The position numbers and the translations under genes were made by a program. This document shows, in pieces, positions 31,101-40,601 of a DNA stretch of 62,887 nt. How positions within the stretch are numbered: the stretch's first letter is position 1; each line of letters starts with the position of its first letter. The notes under the pieces are model-generated. The model searched no databases. It was not told where the DNA came from and saw only the letters and a program-made list of their open reading frames with translations. The DNA lies in the IMG/VR virus record IMGVR_UViG_3300032006_002789, positions 1-62,887 of that record; one strand, given 5' to 3'. This DNA is from a virus. Its lineage: Duplodnaviria > Caudoviricetes.

Positions 31101-34100
31101 GTTTAATCGCCAGAAGATCCCTCTCTAGGGTCAATGCAATTTTCCTTTGCATATTTTCTTTTTTCAGGTTAGACAATTGGGAGTATTTCGAGAGTTGCTT
31201 CAGAATCCTTGCTCTAGTTCCCTCAACATCTGCAATTTCTTTAGTTGCATTAGCTTCCGCATTTTTATTATCAAGAATTGTTTTTGAATTCGCTTGGGCA
31301 TCTTTCAATTCCTTATTCATCGCTACGAGTTTTTTCTTCGTGTCATCCTGCAGGTCAGCAGCTTCAGTAAGAATCTCTAAGAATTTCATCATCCCAGCTT
31401 CGTCGAGAGTGCCGAGCATTTTTGTAAAATGTTTTTCATCTGTTAGGGCCTCTCGGGTTACCATTTTACCTAGCCCCCACCGCTTGAGTGCGTCAGCGGT
31501 GGAGCCTTGACCCCCAGCCATGAGAGACTTGATGTCGGTCATCATCGTAGGACTCCTGGAGATTTGTGTTACAGCTTCTTTTCTATATTTTCCACTGGCT
31601 TGCGTTAATCTAGTTTGATGGTCAACCTTAGCTTGCCACAGAGCTTTTTGATAATCGACGGAAGCTTTCACTAGACCATCGGCAGCAGCACCCATTTTAG
31701 CAACCATTAAATCTTGACTTTTGGCGGCCATACTCATAGAGTGAGCATATCTGGTTAAAGCGGCGTTTACCTGAGATTGAATTTGAACCTGCACCTCTGC
31801 AAGGTTCAATTGTTTAAGTGAGGCAACCCTTCTATTCTTAAGGTCTTGGGCATGCTTGGCTTCAATGGCTCCTATTTTTGAGTATAGTTCATTTCGAGTT
31901 CCTCGAGCAATAGCTTCTTTTTGCATTTCTTGCAGCATTTGTTTGTTAACTTTCTGCATTTTTCCATCCACCTCCATGACTTGTTCGGTGGAGGCGTCCA
32001 TTGCATTAATATATTCTGCTACTTGTTTATCAGCCATGCCCAATTGTTCCTCGCTCCACTCTGCGGGCTTTATTGTTCCAAATCTAGCAATTGCATCGCT
32101 GACGGTTTTAACATCCTCGGAGTCTGGAAAAAGGTCCGCAAAGCTGGCAGTTCCCTTTTGGGTTTCTTTTTTAAACTCTTCGGCCCCATTAGCGGCTTCA
32201 AGTAGAGCTTGCTGTAATGCACTACGAGCTTCCTCGAGTTCTTCAGGGCTCAAAAATTGATCTCCCCCAAACCCCTGATCTTCCTCAGAAACTTTTGTTG
32301 TAATTTTCTTATTTAATATAAGGTTTGCGGTTTCTACGGCCCCTATGACACTATCTCGAAAGTCCCACTCATCTTCATTTTCTCTTGTGAATTGAACGGC
32401 ATTTTGACCAAAAGTATCTTCATTCACCAAGCCTAATTTACGAAATGCGCCAGAGGCATCGCGACCCGCAGCATCATGCTTCCCTTCTGCGATGTCTTTT
32501 AGTGCATCCGAAAAGAAATCTCTAGAGTTTATTTTTTTATCATTACCAGCGGAATCTTTGATGGTATATTCTTGGTCTTCAAGGGACCATAGCTCTCCCC
32601 TAACTTTATATCCACTGCCTTTTTCAAAGTCCCTCTCTTTATGAATATCAAATTTTTGACCTCCCGAAGCTTCTCTCATTGCGGCCATCATTCCAGTAAA
32701 TGCGGTCTGGCGCCCCGCCATCGCACTCTGGCGAAGCTCTTTTTCTTTTGTTGAATTAATATCTCTTTGAACTTTATTTGCCTTTTCAAGACCATCAACA
32801 AAACCCATGACGGTGCCAACCCCAGCGCCAAGCGCTGCTCCAAATGGCCCCGCAAAACTACCCATGGCAGCGCCAGTTTGCATTTGAGTTAAAGCTCCAC
32901 CAGTGGCTTGGGCAGCCGAGCTGCCTTCCCTTCCTTGGGTTATCATACCCGCAAGCATTGGTGCGGCCATCATCATAGGCATCGAGCCAACCGCGCCCCC
33001 AAATTTATGCATTGCGCCGCCAAATTTAGTTCCCTTAAACCTTTGACCCATAGCTTGCATTGCGCCACTAAAGCCCGTGCGGTTAGAGCTACGGACCGAC
33101 GCGGCGGCGACCTCAGCTTCTTCTTTTTCGTAATTTAAACTTTCCAATGCCTTGGCGGATTCCTCTTGAGAGAATCCTAATCTTTTATGAGCCTCAGCGG
33201 TTTCCAGTATAGTAAGCTTGTGTTTTTTATGTGCAACCTCGACTTGTTCTAGACCCATTTTTTTGATATTATTCTCACTGCGCACTCCACGCTTTCTAGC
33301 GTCATCCATCCACTTCGCCAGCTTTCCGATCGACTCTTCCACCGCCCCGCCGCCAATCGCCATCTCTGACGCCCACCCAGAGGCCGCGTTACGAGCTCCT
33401 TGGCCCCATTTTTGAATTTCTTGGGTAACAAATTTAGTTGCCTTTTCCCATGCAGACGGATCGCCAGTGGCGAAGTTTGGAATAATTCCACCTCCCCCAA
33501 ATATATCGCGAAGACCCCCAGGTTCATCTCTGGTATTGGTAACGCCCAGGCCGAAAGGATTACCCCTGTTCATTAATGCGGAATGCTGACCCACTCTTAT
33601 TTTTGATACTGGAAGCCCTGCGGCTCTTTCTCTGGCTATCGAATCACTTAATGGGTTTGCGAAATTAGGAATAAAGCCCATTGCCCGATTGGCGGTTTGA
33701 AGGATTTTCTGAGCGTCGAGACCCATTAAGTTTATTTTTTTGCTTATGTTATCTAACTCCTTAAAAGTGAGGCCCCCGCTTATACTATTAACCGAAGGGG
33801 AAATCAATTTACCTAAATAAGATCCCATACTATCGTCAGTGATTCCATGCTTAATTTCAGCTTCTTTCATTTGTACTCCGTAGATTTCCTCCAGAGCTTT
33901 TTTGGCGCTAGGTTTATCTTTAAGGGCATTTCGGGGAATATCCATTCTTTCGCTTTCGGATCCAGCTTTAGCCCCAATTGCTTGGGTCAGTATATTTTCA
34001 AAAATTCTTCCTACGGTTTGATTTAATTGTCCTTTTTGGTCATGATCCGCAAGCTTGAACTTTTTACCCCTTAAGGATTGTGGTAGATAATTTCTATAAA

Positions 34101-36471
34101 TTTTAGTTAAGGAATTATTTAGGCCGCCAGCTATAGCGTCGTGAAGAGTGGTTGAGCCGCCCCTACTTGATCCAGATGAACTAAATGAAAGTGAAGGTCC
34201 TGCGTATTCACCTGGAGCGAGTTTATTTATGAAATTTAAAGAGCGCCGAATTGGACTAACTCCCCCTTTACTATTTATTTTGTTTAAATTCATATTAGCA
34301 AAAGGCATTAGCGTTTTAGGGTTCGCGCCACCTTCTTTAGCATGCAGCAACCATGTACCAGGATTCACACTAAATGTTTTGTTCAATAAATTCATACTTT
34401 TTTCGTCCCAGTTGCTCTCAAACTTCGTCCATGGAGAGGACGATGAGGCCTTCGGGGGAGCTTTCCCGAAATGTTGCGAAACTTGAGCAGGTTTATAACC
34501 TAAGGCTTGGGCCTGGCTCCTAGTAAGGGTAACGCCTTCTTCTTTTTGATATAGCCCTATTGACCTGCTCTTTTTTGGATTCAATGCTGTGAAATTAGGT
34601 ATATATCCTTTCGCGGCGTAGGGGTCAAATCCATGTGCAGCAAAAAAATCTCCCCTGTAGTTTGCGCCAGCCCTGCTTCTTTCGGGGGGTATAATTGCGC
34701 TTTGCTGCATGCCAGGAAATTTTTTAACAGTTTCCCTTGAATTGTAAACAAAACCTGGCCCCTGCATTATTGTTCCCGCAACATAACCGCCCTTTGTAGC
34801 CTCTCTTCTTTCCCTAGTGGCAGCGTCGGCATAATTAGGAATAAAGCCTCCAGCTTTATTTCCCGAACTTAAGTTTGCTCCAACGCCTTTCCTAGATAAA
34901 GCGGGCGCTAAGGCAGCGGCGATTTGTTGAAGCTTTGCAGCCTCGAGAGTTTGCTGTTTAATTAGTCCTAAGATAATTTTCTCTTGTTGACTTCGAGTAG
35001 TTCCTTTCTTAAGCAGTTCGTCTTGAATGCTCTTATTTTGAGCAAGAACCATCAACAAGGATTGCTGGATTTGTTTTTGCTTTTGAGTTTCCGTGGTTAC
35101 TCCGAGAACGCTTCTCAAACTATCTTTTGCAAATTTAAAAGCGTTCATGAACAATTTGCCAATAACAGCAGCAAACATAACTAAACCTGGACCAGTCAAT
35201 ATGTTACCCACTCCCGTAAGAAATCCTTTTGCAAAGGTATTACCTTCGTTTTCGCTATCGCCAAGCAATCCGCTCATCCAATCTGCGGCTCCCTTAATGG
35301 TTTCTAAGATTTTTCCTATACCTGGGGCAAGAGCTAGGTCGCCAATTTTTTTAGCTAATTCTTCGACAGCAAGACCAGCCTCAGTATAGGCTGCGGCAAA
35401 TGTTTTGCTTAATATTTTATTTTTTTCTATAGCTTGGTCTGTTGCTTGAGAACTAATGCTGGTAGCCTTAGCCATGATCCCATTTTTATTTGCAGCGTCC
35501 CCGAGCACAGCCTTAAGGATATTAATTTGAAAAATGCCAGCGGTAGTTTGAGCTACTTGAGCTTTCTGTGCGTCACTTAGCGTATCAAATGTATTCGCGA
35601 GGTCGGTAAGGATTTTTTTAGCGCCCAGGGTCTTTCCTTCTACATCTCTGACCGCAATACCAACAGCCTCTAATTGCTTGAGCGTTTCTGGTTTTTGTAT
35701 CCGAGTGAAAATAGTCTTAAGGGAATTTCCGATAACCGCTCCACCTCGAGCGGTTTTTTGTTGAGCGGCGGTAACCATGCCAATAAATTCATCGAGGTTT
35801 ACTCCAGCGCTTTTTGCAGATGCTCCAGCGCGAGACAAAGCTTGCGCAAAATCTTCAGCGCTAACAGCAAATTTAACGTCAACCGCAGCAAACTTACTAA
35901 CCAATTCTGTTGAATCTTTTACCTGATGACCAAAGGTATTCATGGCGGCGGTAAGATTAGTAACGGAGCTCGTGGCATCCATTCCAGTCAAGCGAGTAAG
36001 TATAAGGGCGTCTCTTGTTCGCTTTAGGGTTTCTTCTACGCTTAAACCCTGTCTTGCAAATTCTGTTGCAGCCTCAGATGCGACTTTAAAACTTTGAGCA
36101 GTTTCCCTTGCGACTTTAAATAATCCAGCACTAAATTTGTCTAAGCCTTGATTACTCAAGCCCATAACAACATTAATATTTGCTAAATGTTTTTCTACTT
36201 CTATTGTAGATTTAACCAAGCCCTTAAATGCGTCACTTATGGAATTAATAACCATAACAGAAGCACCAAAAGCAATAACACGAGAATTTGAAGCTTCTAA
36301 AGATTTGGTAAACTCGTCGGCACTACGCCTCATATTACCCAAGGGCTGGGTAACCCCCTTGTCATTAATATTAATCTTCAGTTTTCCAGATCGATTAATT
36401 CGATCTATAGCACTAAATACGTCTCGCTCCATTGGCGAGGTGTTAGCCCTGACTGTTACATTAACGCTCAT
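28099..36471 (-). CDS. Tail tape measure protein (2790 aa)
   Basis: N-terminal TP901-type TMP core (EKHLANINVV...ARETAQSF...ATEFARQGL), long helical/coiled-coil stretches, G/A-rich hydrophobic segments, two lambda-gpH-like C-terminal modules (VPAKVSNGEY; IPAMLSEGEYV), terminal RPGGLL. Confidence 0.95.
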   Translation of the reverse strand: MSVNVTVRANTSPMERDVFSAIDRINRSGKLKININDKGVTQPLGNMRRSADEFTKSLEASNSRVIAFGASVMVINSISDAFKGLVKSTIEVEKHLANINVVMGLSNQGLDKFSAGLFKVARETAQSFKVASEAATEFARQGLSVEETLKRTRDALILTRLTGMDATSSVTNLTAAMNTFGHQVKDSTELVSKFAAVDVKFAVSAEDFAQALSRAGASAKSAGVNLDEFIGMVTAAQQKTARGGAVIGNSLKTIFTRIQKPETLKQLEAVGIAVRDVEGKTLGAKKILTDLANTFDTLSDAQKAQVAQTTAGIFQINILKAVLGDAANKNGIMAKATSISSQATDQAIEKNKILSKTFAAAYTEAGLAVEELAKKIGDLALAPGIGKILETIKGAADWMSGLLGDSENEGNTFAKGFLTGVGNILTGPGLVMFAAVIGKLFMNAFKFAKDSLRSVLGVTTETQKQKQIQQSLLMVLAQNKSIQDELLKKGTTRSQQEKIILGLIKQQTLEAAKLQQIAAALAPALSRKGVGANLSSGNKAGGFIPNYADAATRERREATKGGYVAGTIMQGPGFVYNSRETVKKFPGMQQSAIIPPERSRAGANYRGDFFAAHGFDPYAAKGYIPNFTALNPKKSRSIGLYQKEEGVTLTRSQAQALGYKPAQVSQHFGKAPPKASSSSPWTKFESNWDEKSMNLLNKTFSVNPGTWLLHAKEGGANPKTLMPFANMNLNKINSKGGVSPIRRSLNFINKLAPGEYAGPSLSFSSSGSSRGGSTTLHDAIAGGLNNSLTKIYRNYLPQSLRGKKFKLADHDQKGQLNQTVGRIFENILTQAIGAKAGSESERMDIPRNALKDKPSAKKALEEIYGVQMKEAEIKHGITDDSMGSYLGKLISPSVNSISGGLTFKELDNISKKINLMGLDAQKILQTANRAMGFIPNFANPLSDSIARERAAGLPVSKIRVGQHSALMNRGNPFGLGVTNTRDEPGGLRDIFGGGGIIPNFATGDPSAWEKATKFVTQEIQKWGQGARNAASGWASEMAIGGGAVEESIGKLAKWMDDARKRGVRSENNIKKMGLEQVEVAHKKHKLTILETAEAHKRLGFSQEESAKALESLNYEKEEAEVAAASVRSSNRTGFSGAMQAMGQRFKGTKFGGAMHKFGGAVGSMPMMMAAPMLAGMITQGREGSSAAQATGGALTQMQTGAAMGSFAGPFGAALGAGVGTVMGFVDGLEKANKVQRDINSTKEKELRQSAMAGRQTAFTGMMAAMREASGGQKFDIHKERDFEKGSGYKVRGELWSLEDQEYTIKDSAGNDKKINSRDFFSDALKDIAEGKHDAAGRDASGAFRKLGLVNEDTFGQNAVQFTRENEDEWDFRDSVIGAVETANLILNKKITTKVSEEDQGFGGDQFLSPEELEEARSALQQALLEAANGAEEFKKETQKGTASFADLFPDSEDVKTVSDAIARFGTIKPAEWSEEQLGMADKQVAEYINAMDASTEQVMEVDGKMQKVNKQMLQEMQKEAIARGTRNELYSKIGAIEAKHAQDLKNRRVASLKQLNLAEVQVQIQSQVNAALTRYAHSMSMAAKSQDLMVAKMGAAADGLVKASVDYQKALWQAKVDHQTRLTQASGKYRKEAVTQISRSPTMMTDIKSLMAGGQGSTADALKRWGLGKMVTREALTDEKHFTKMLGTLDEAGMMKFLEILTEAADLQDDTKKKLVAMNKELKDAQANSKTILDNKNAEANATKEIADVEGTRARILKQLSKYSQLSNLKKENMQRKIALTLERDLLAIKLGGGVGSMTNKERIVLEQKALRTEFAEKRRSASHGSAIKMINELTSEEVLQNYWTSNQSKRKGLEDLRSKENLTPHDVMNYMKKEAPTALEREYMTAPEVNRRLRAQTNISESEERRNALVAQERGIKDELNRLSSAQKKRADLRPKPEAHVLWQQWQPQGAQPQFDFRANRNNLLLNDKGGKQLQWWQNKTNTKQDRIDGGVFDQIIKKRASDPNISNFLEGNVAVRDPNTGQIMIVTKEKLSDALKMGMTLLEGQNMQQGFPQFQNKTVIRDENGDLRFLDLNFAGADADKSQDKKGEDPQTAEEKALQKRIDLWEKEKDALDQSEEAMGKRIRSLASEARFSEFWKGGGRNKDGVELDPASMKATEIQSHLAFLQKELSNNIDKEIGNLKEYRTSLARIKQEQEAVTRSQENHNTALGSMIKRLKFLSEADGKEGTLQERLLMLKLQEKEIDDQRKRGARPFKVADDPSKGRYGGAIYEGMKDARSDIEQEIDYFSYNLTNQTVKSFRDGMVDAMEAAIKGADDLDSTLKGIAAGFLQAINRALMTHIANSFVHSILPGGASISRSKGGGVPAKVSNGEYLMNANAVQRYGVGFMNTLNKGKVPGYATGGYATGDEWARASIAAQTTHGSSAGKHESEYSARYTRMPISSYFLASNENIQLQEDRAAAKQALDKERQERLKKAQEKAALKRQILGMALSAAVSYGISSMGKGADGAKNVTVGAEAAANAGIPPGDYTVGPHGGYTHAETGTKIDGASMGKTVSLYKSDAGQIELTKPPIGQRFKNWWGRTAFGNPNYYGAAGKYGGIGAMREAALAQQKGKYYEGGHPNVENPAFDPYEYMNKPYPTLKRTVGNLGRKIGGGFRKTKSTGGYISGTPGVDNIPAMLSEGEYVIQADAVRQLGLPKLNAINAGKFARGGPTSNIDGTMGESKKASGGDNTNNVNITVNVENSGEAKQEKNQSDGDQQGRMKELGQLIEQKVVTVIQEESRPGGLLERR

Positions 36472-36505
36472 ACCTTATTCCGAGATAAAGTATTACACGT
36501 AAAGA

Positions 36506-37492
36506 CTATTGTTCCACGCCTGAAAGTTTCATAAGGTCTTGCATAGAAAGGGTCCCTCCTTTTTTCTTTGCTTCTTCATGTAGATCAACGGAGCCAGGAG
36601 AGCCTAACCCTAGTTCTTGATAATCTTGCCTTGTAGCACCCACTAGAGTTGAGCCGTCACTTTGGCTAAACTTATCCTGAAGCTTCTCTTTTTCTTCTTT
36701 AGCGGTACTTGCATAATCCATTAGTGCTTGAGGGTCCTTTCTTATTTTTTCTGGAATATTCTCTTCGGACTCGAATATATTTTTAAATATTTTAGAATAT
36801 ACTATTAATTTAATTTGGCAATAAGTTAACTCACAAAAGGGCTTTCCAAAAAACTGCATACTATCTTCAGTGAAACCTAAATATGCAGTAAAAAAATCCT
36901 GAAGTATTAGATGTTGAATATTTTCCTCATTAATAGTAGAGAAGACTTGATTATATATTAAAACGACCTTATGAACTTCGGATGAAGTAAGGTAATCAAA
37001 TTCCTTTTCAAGAAATAAAGGTCTAACTAAATCAGAATCCTTAAAGAAGCTTTTAATTATATAATAGTCATTAGTTCTTTCTAGTGCGTATTTCTCGCAA
37101 GTATTTCCCAGGAGAGCCTCCTTTTCTTGTTCTTTTTTTTGAATTTTTTCTCGAGATTCGGTGATCAATTTATCTTGAGATGCGAGATGAGAGGGGAGAA
37201 CGATTTTGCTTTTGGCTTCAATTAAATTTTTTAAAAATACTCTCTCTTTTTCTAGACCAGCCTCCTCTGCATCTGTCCAGTCACCCTCCTCCCGAAGAAG
37301 GGAGAGCATCTCCTCCCTTGTGGGAACCCCTCTTTTGACAGCTTTATTGTAATAATTTTCTTCTATTTCTTCGATTTCAATTTGGTCGTGGGGAGTAAGA
37401 TGTTTAATGTAAACACTTTGACCCTTATAATTCGAAGAGGAATATCCCCTTACAATATCCCTGAAGTTTTTTCTATAAGAAACTTTTTCCAC
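36506..37492 (-). CDS. Putative tail assembly chaperone (second paralogue)
   Basis: Directly upstream of the TMP; helical; paralogous by eye to 37496..38311 (KAVKRGVPTREEML vs KCIKRGILTKAML). Confidence 0.6.
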   Translation of the reverse strand: MEKVSYRKNFRDIVRGYSSSNYKGQSVYIKHLTPHDQIEIEEIEENYYNKAVKRGVPTREEMLSLLREEGDWTDAEEAGLEKERVFLKNLIEAKSKIVLPSHLASQDKLITESREKIQKKEQEKEALLGNTCEKYALERTNDYYIIKSFFKDSDLVRPLFLEKEFDYLTSSEVHKVVLIYNQVFSTINEENIQHLILQDFFTAYLGFTEDSMQFFGKPFCELTYCQIKLIVYSKIFKNIFESEENIPEKIRKDPQALMDYASTAKEEKEKLQDKFSQSDGSTLVGATRQDYQELGLGSPGSVDLHEEAKKKGGTLSMQDLMKLSGVEQ

Positions 37493-37495
37493 GCA

Positions 37496-38311
37496 TCAAA
37501 CATTCCCCTCTTCAATATCCTGATCAAGGGACTTGAAGTCTTCTGGCGATACTGATCCTGCACTATAGTACCAATAACTAACAAACGCCGTAAGCTTGCC
37601 AGAAACCATGTCATAAAGCTCGTCCCCATTTTCCTCGAGATGGTAATACTGGTCAGTTTTTTCTTCGAAAGTTTCACCCAAAAATAAATCGCTAGCCTCG
37701 CTTTCGTCGTCTTTCCTTATCTGCGAGAGATGAAGCATGTACCAACTTATGGCTTTATTTTGAGCGCGAGCGTCTGCCGTGTGATTAAATAGCGAGGCGT
37801 AGGAGGTCTCCATGTCAATAATATCTTTTCTTGCATTCATTATTTGAGCAGAAAGCTCCTCAAGGCGCACCTTATCTTTGTCGGTCTGATTTTTTTTCAG
37901 CTGAAGTTTTTGAAATTCATTTGTAAGAGAGCTGTAATCGACATATTTATTAGCAAGAAACTTTGCATCATCTTCTGCTAACAGCCCTCCAGTGTCGGAG
38001 TATTTCTTTGCGAGCATCGCCTTAGTAAGGATGCCGCGCTTAATACATTTACTCATTTCTATACTGTATTCCAGTTCAGCTTCCTCCATTTCTCTGCGAC
38101 TGGGAGATCGAATAATACATTGGTAAGGAATTAATTTCTCAACTTCTTTAGTGATACTAACGGTTTCTTTTTTTCCGTCCTTTCCTTCTTGAGTTTGCTC
38201 TTCAGTTTCCTTGACCGTTTCTTTTTTCTCCACAGTAAAACTATAGATTATTTTGTCCAGACTGGACTGGTCTTCTTCTTTTTTTGTTTTTGTTTTTGTT
38301 TTTGTTGCCAT
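37496..38311 (-). CDS. Putative tail assembly chaperone (first paralogue)
   Basis: Position of lambda G/T genes before the TMP; acidic and helical. Confidence 0.6.
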   Translation of the reverse strand: MATKTKTKTKKEEDQSSLDKIIYSFTVEKKETVKETEEQTQEGKDGKKETVSITKEVEKLIPYQCIIRSPSRREMEEAELEYSIEMSKCIKRGILTKAMLAKKYSDTGGLLAEDDAKFLANKYVDYSSLTNEFQKLQLKKNQTDKDKVRLEELSAQIMNARKDIIDMETSYASLFNHTADARAQNKAISWYMLHLSQIRKDDESEASDLFLGETFEEKTDQYYHLEENGDELYDMVSGKLTAFVSYWYYSAGSVSPEDFKSLDQDIEEGNV

Positions 38312-38326
38312 GCCTTGTACCTTATT

Positions 38327-38617
38327 TTAATGAGTAAATGTAAAATTTATAGTGAAGTTTTCAAATTCACCTTCTATATTCCTAATTGCTTCATTACCAA
38401 TGTCAAGCGTACGCTTTCGTAAGTGCTGAAGCTTATCGTCGCAGAAGTAATCCGCTTGCTCAAGAAGGGCATCATATTCATCAGGCAAACTATCCCTTAG
38501 TTTGTCGAAGTTAATTTGATGCTCCTTTTGGAGGTCTTCCAACATCATAAGGAACCCTTTAAATAGAGCTACCGTATTCCGATGGCAATGCTTTTTAAAA
38601 ATGCCTTCTGCGTCCAT
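38327..38617 (-). CDS. Hypothetical protein (first gene of the leftward tail operon)
   Basis: 96-aa helical ORF preceded by GTGTA and GGGATAAGG motifs. Confidence 0.75.
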   Translation of the reverse strand: MDAEGIFKKHCHRNTVALFKGFLMMLEDLQKEHQINFDKLRDSLPDEYDALLEQADYFCDDKLQHLRKRTLDIGNEAIRNIEGEFENFTINFTFTH

Positions 38618-38675
38618 AAAACCTTATCCCGAGAAATTATACACTAAAAGAAAATAATTAAGTGTAAAAAAATCT
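38618..38675. promoter_or_regulatory. Back-to-back divergent GTGTA promoter-like motifs
   Basis: TACAC at 38640-38644 (minus-strand GTGTATAAT) and GTGTA at 38662-38666 (plus strand) in a 58-bp AT-rich divergent gap. Confidence 0.65.
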
Positions 38676-39128
38676 ATGACAAGCTTTCTTTCAGACGATG
38701 AAAAACTACATTTAGCTGCTCAATTCAAGCATCTTCACGACACCTTTGCAAGAGATATTGTAGTTTACAAGGAGGCGCAGAAAGTTATTATCAACACAGA
38801 TCCCAATTACAATTATATATATAACAACTCTGGCCCAACAACGAGCGTGCAAAACGTTCCTCAGAAAAAAATATTCAAAGCAAGAGTGTTTTACGATTAC
38901 AATAGAGAGATGGAGTATTTCGGAGAGGCAAATGCGCAAACAAAAGTAGAGAGAATTAGTGCGAATGACAGAGTTAGAATAAAATTAGAAAAAGCAGACT
39001 ACAATTACATAAAAGAAGCGAAGCGAATAGAATTTGACGGAAGAATGTTTTTCATAGACTCCGATGCCCGAGCGCATGGCCTGTTTGATGTAGATTTTTA
39101 TACATTATTTCTTAAACCCGTAGAATAA
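38676..39128 (+). CDS. Putative head-closure / head-tail joining protein
   Basis: 150 aa, beta-rich (VRIKL...RIEFDGRMFFI...YTLFLK); size and synteny fit SPP1 gp16 / lambda gpFII-type proteins. Confidence 0.5.
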   Translation: MTSFLSDDEKLHLAAQFKHLHDTFARDIVVYKEAQKVIINTDPNYNYIYNNSGPTTSVQNVPQKKIFKARVFYDYNREMEYFGEANAQTKVERISANDRVRIKLEKADYNYIKEAKRIEFDGRMFFIDSDARAHGLFDVDFYTLFLKPVE

Positions 39129-39745
39129 TGCGTCGATCAAACAAATTAAAAAAAGAATTACAATCCCAAGTACTCAAGGATAGAAAAGTTAATAGAGAGC
39201 TCACCAAGTCTGCAACAGTCCATTTCTTGAGAGAAAAAAAAGCTATGCTTGCTAAATTTGATTTACATCCAGTGACAAGAGAGATACGCGGTGGGTCAAA
39301 CGCCCCAAATATCTCAGGGACAATGCATAGCGGAAACCTTTTTGGGTTTATAGGTTTTTCGGCGGGATCAGATCCAATTTCTCCACTAAGATCGATTTTA
39401 GAAAAAATAAACATACGACCAAAATTTGAGCGGGAAAAAACTGGGGATAAAATATACATAGTAGATATACCTACCATGAAAGAGCTAAGTGCAGTTACCC
39501 CAATGCCTTGGGCAAGCGGAAGAAGCTGGCTGGAAGGAGTGGAGAGAGGGATGTCTGGTTTGGGTAGGTATTTAGATACAAAATCTCCACTTAGTCGCTC
39601 GGGAGGTGGAATCCAATCAAAACACACAGTAAAAGGCGGAGCATTTACAGGTGTAACATATTTAACTAACGGCGGAATATTGGATGAGTTTGCAGAATCT
39701 TTGATAAAACTATCCGACGGAAACCGAACAATAATTACCAACTAA
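39128..39745 (+). CDS. Putative neck / tail completion protein
   Basis: Basic 205-aa ORF between the head-closure candidate and the terminator candidate; translationally coupled (TAATG). Confidence 0.45.
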   Translation: MRRSNKLKKELQSQVLKDRKVNRELTKSATVHFLREKKAMLAKFDLHPVTREIRGGSNAPNISGTMHSGNLFGFIGFSAGSDPISPLRSILEKINIRPKFEREKTGDKIYIVDIPTMKELSAVTPMPWASGRSWLEGVERGMSGLGRYLDTKSPLSRSGGGIQSKHTVKGGAFTGVTYLTNGGILDEFAESLIKLSDGNRTIITN

Positions 39746-39746
39746 A

Positions 39747-40601
39747 ATGAAACCTCAGTTCCAACACGAAGTAACAACAAGCTTTGTTTTATGGCTGGAT
39801 CACTATTTATTAGAAAAGGGAACGGCATTTAAGAATGTAACGAGTGATCTTTATTATCTAGAAGATGACAGGATGCCAGGGTTTCATACTTATTCTAGTC
39901 CATATAAGCAGTGGATATTTGACAAAAGCGTAACAGACTCCAAGGTGCCAGATAAAGTAACCTCTTCGACAGGAGACATTACTAGAAATGATGGCCTTAT
40001 AATAGATTATGAAAACGGAAGGGTGTTATTGCCCTCGGATTCCTTTACTGCTTCGGAGAATTTAACTGCAACCTACTCAGTGAAAGACTTTAATGTATAT
40101 GTAACAAATCAAACAGAAGAAGAGTTAATTACTGAAAGCAAATTTGAAACCAATAGTAGATTCAAACAGGAAGAATTTCCTATCAATCCCTACTCTCAAG
40201 TGCTGCCAGCGGTTTTCGTAAGCAATCAATTCGCAAGAAACCAACCTTTTTGTTTAGGTGGTGAAGATGAGACGATAATGGATGTGCGTTGTGTGGTCAT
40301 GGCAGAGAACATGTATCAACTGGATGGAGTTTTATCTATTTTTGTAGATGCGAGCCAAGAAGTTTTTGGAAAAATAAAGTTTGAAGATCACCCTTTAACG
40401 GAGTATGGAGACTCTGTAGATTTTTTCTACAATTCACTTATCAGGGATAGAGTAATCGAAAGCAATCACAGAGACTTATGCTACATTGGATCTTCTACAG
40501 TTTCTAAACTTAGCGACAGAGTAAGCAAGAGAATAGATCCCACTTTGTTTGTAGGCTTTATAGACTTCTCAATTTCAAGCTACAGATTCCCCAGATTATA
40601 G
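39747..40601 (+). CDS. Putative tail terminator protein
   Basis: Directly upstream of the major tail protein; LPAVFV...PFCLGG motif and C-terminal VGFIDF strand resemble tail terminators; inserted IIDYENGRV beta domain. Confidence 0.5.
   Translation: MKPQFQHEVTTSFVLWLDHYLLEKGTAFKNVTSDLYYLEDDRMPGFHTYSSPYKQWIFDKSVTDSKVPDKVTSSTGDITRNDGLIIDYENGRVLLPSDSFTASENLTATYSVKDFNVYVTNQTEEELITESKFETNSRFKQEEFPINPYSQVLPAVFVSNQFARNQPFCLGGEDETIMDVRCVVMAENMYQLDGVLSIFVDASQEVFGKIKFEDHPLTEYGDSVDFFYNSLIRDRVIESNHRDLCYIGSSTVSKLSDRVSKRIDPTLFVGFIDFSISSYRFPRL

Noticed and set aside
28099-36471. Intein or intron explaining the TMP insertions
   Set aside because: No Hint-domain C/S...HN-C/S/T boundaries or LAGLIDADG/HNH motifs recognised; the ORF is uninterrupted
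2948-36502. Numerous 60-135-aa ORFs antisense to or nested in the structural genes
   Set aside because: Shadow ORFs of long genes, with no recognisable motifs or start signals
37450-37677. Overlapping minus-strand ORF as the product of a lambda-style -1 frameshift between chaperone genes
   Set aside because: The two chaperone genes are in the same frame, so one shift cannot join them; this alternative frame stops at 37450
38281-38305. (TTTTTG)n short repeat as a phase-variation tract
   Set aside because: Hexamer unit keeps the frame and only encodes a TKTKTK low-complexity N-terminus
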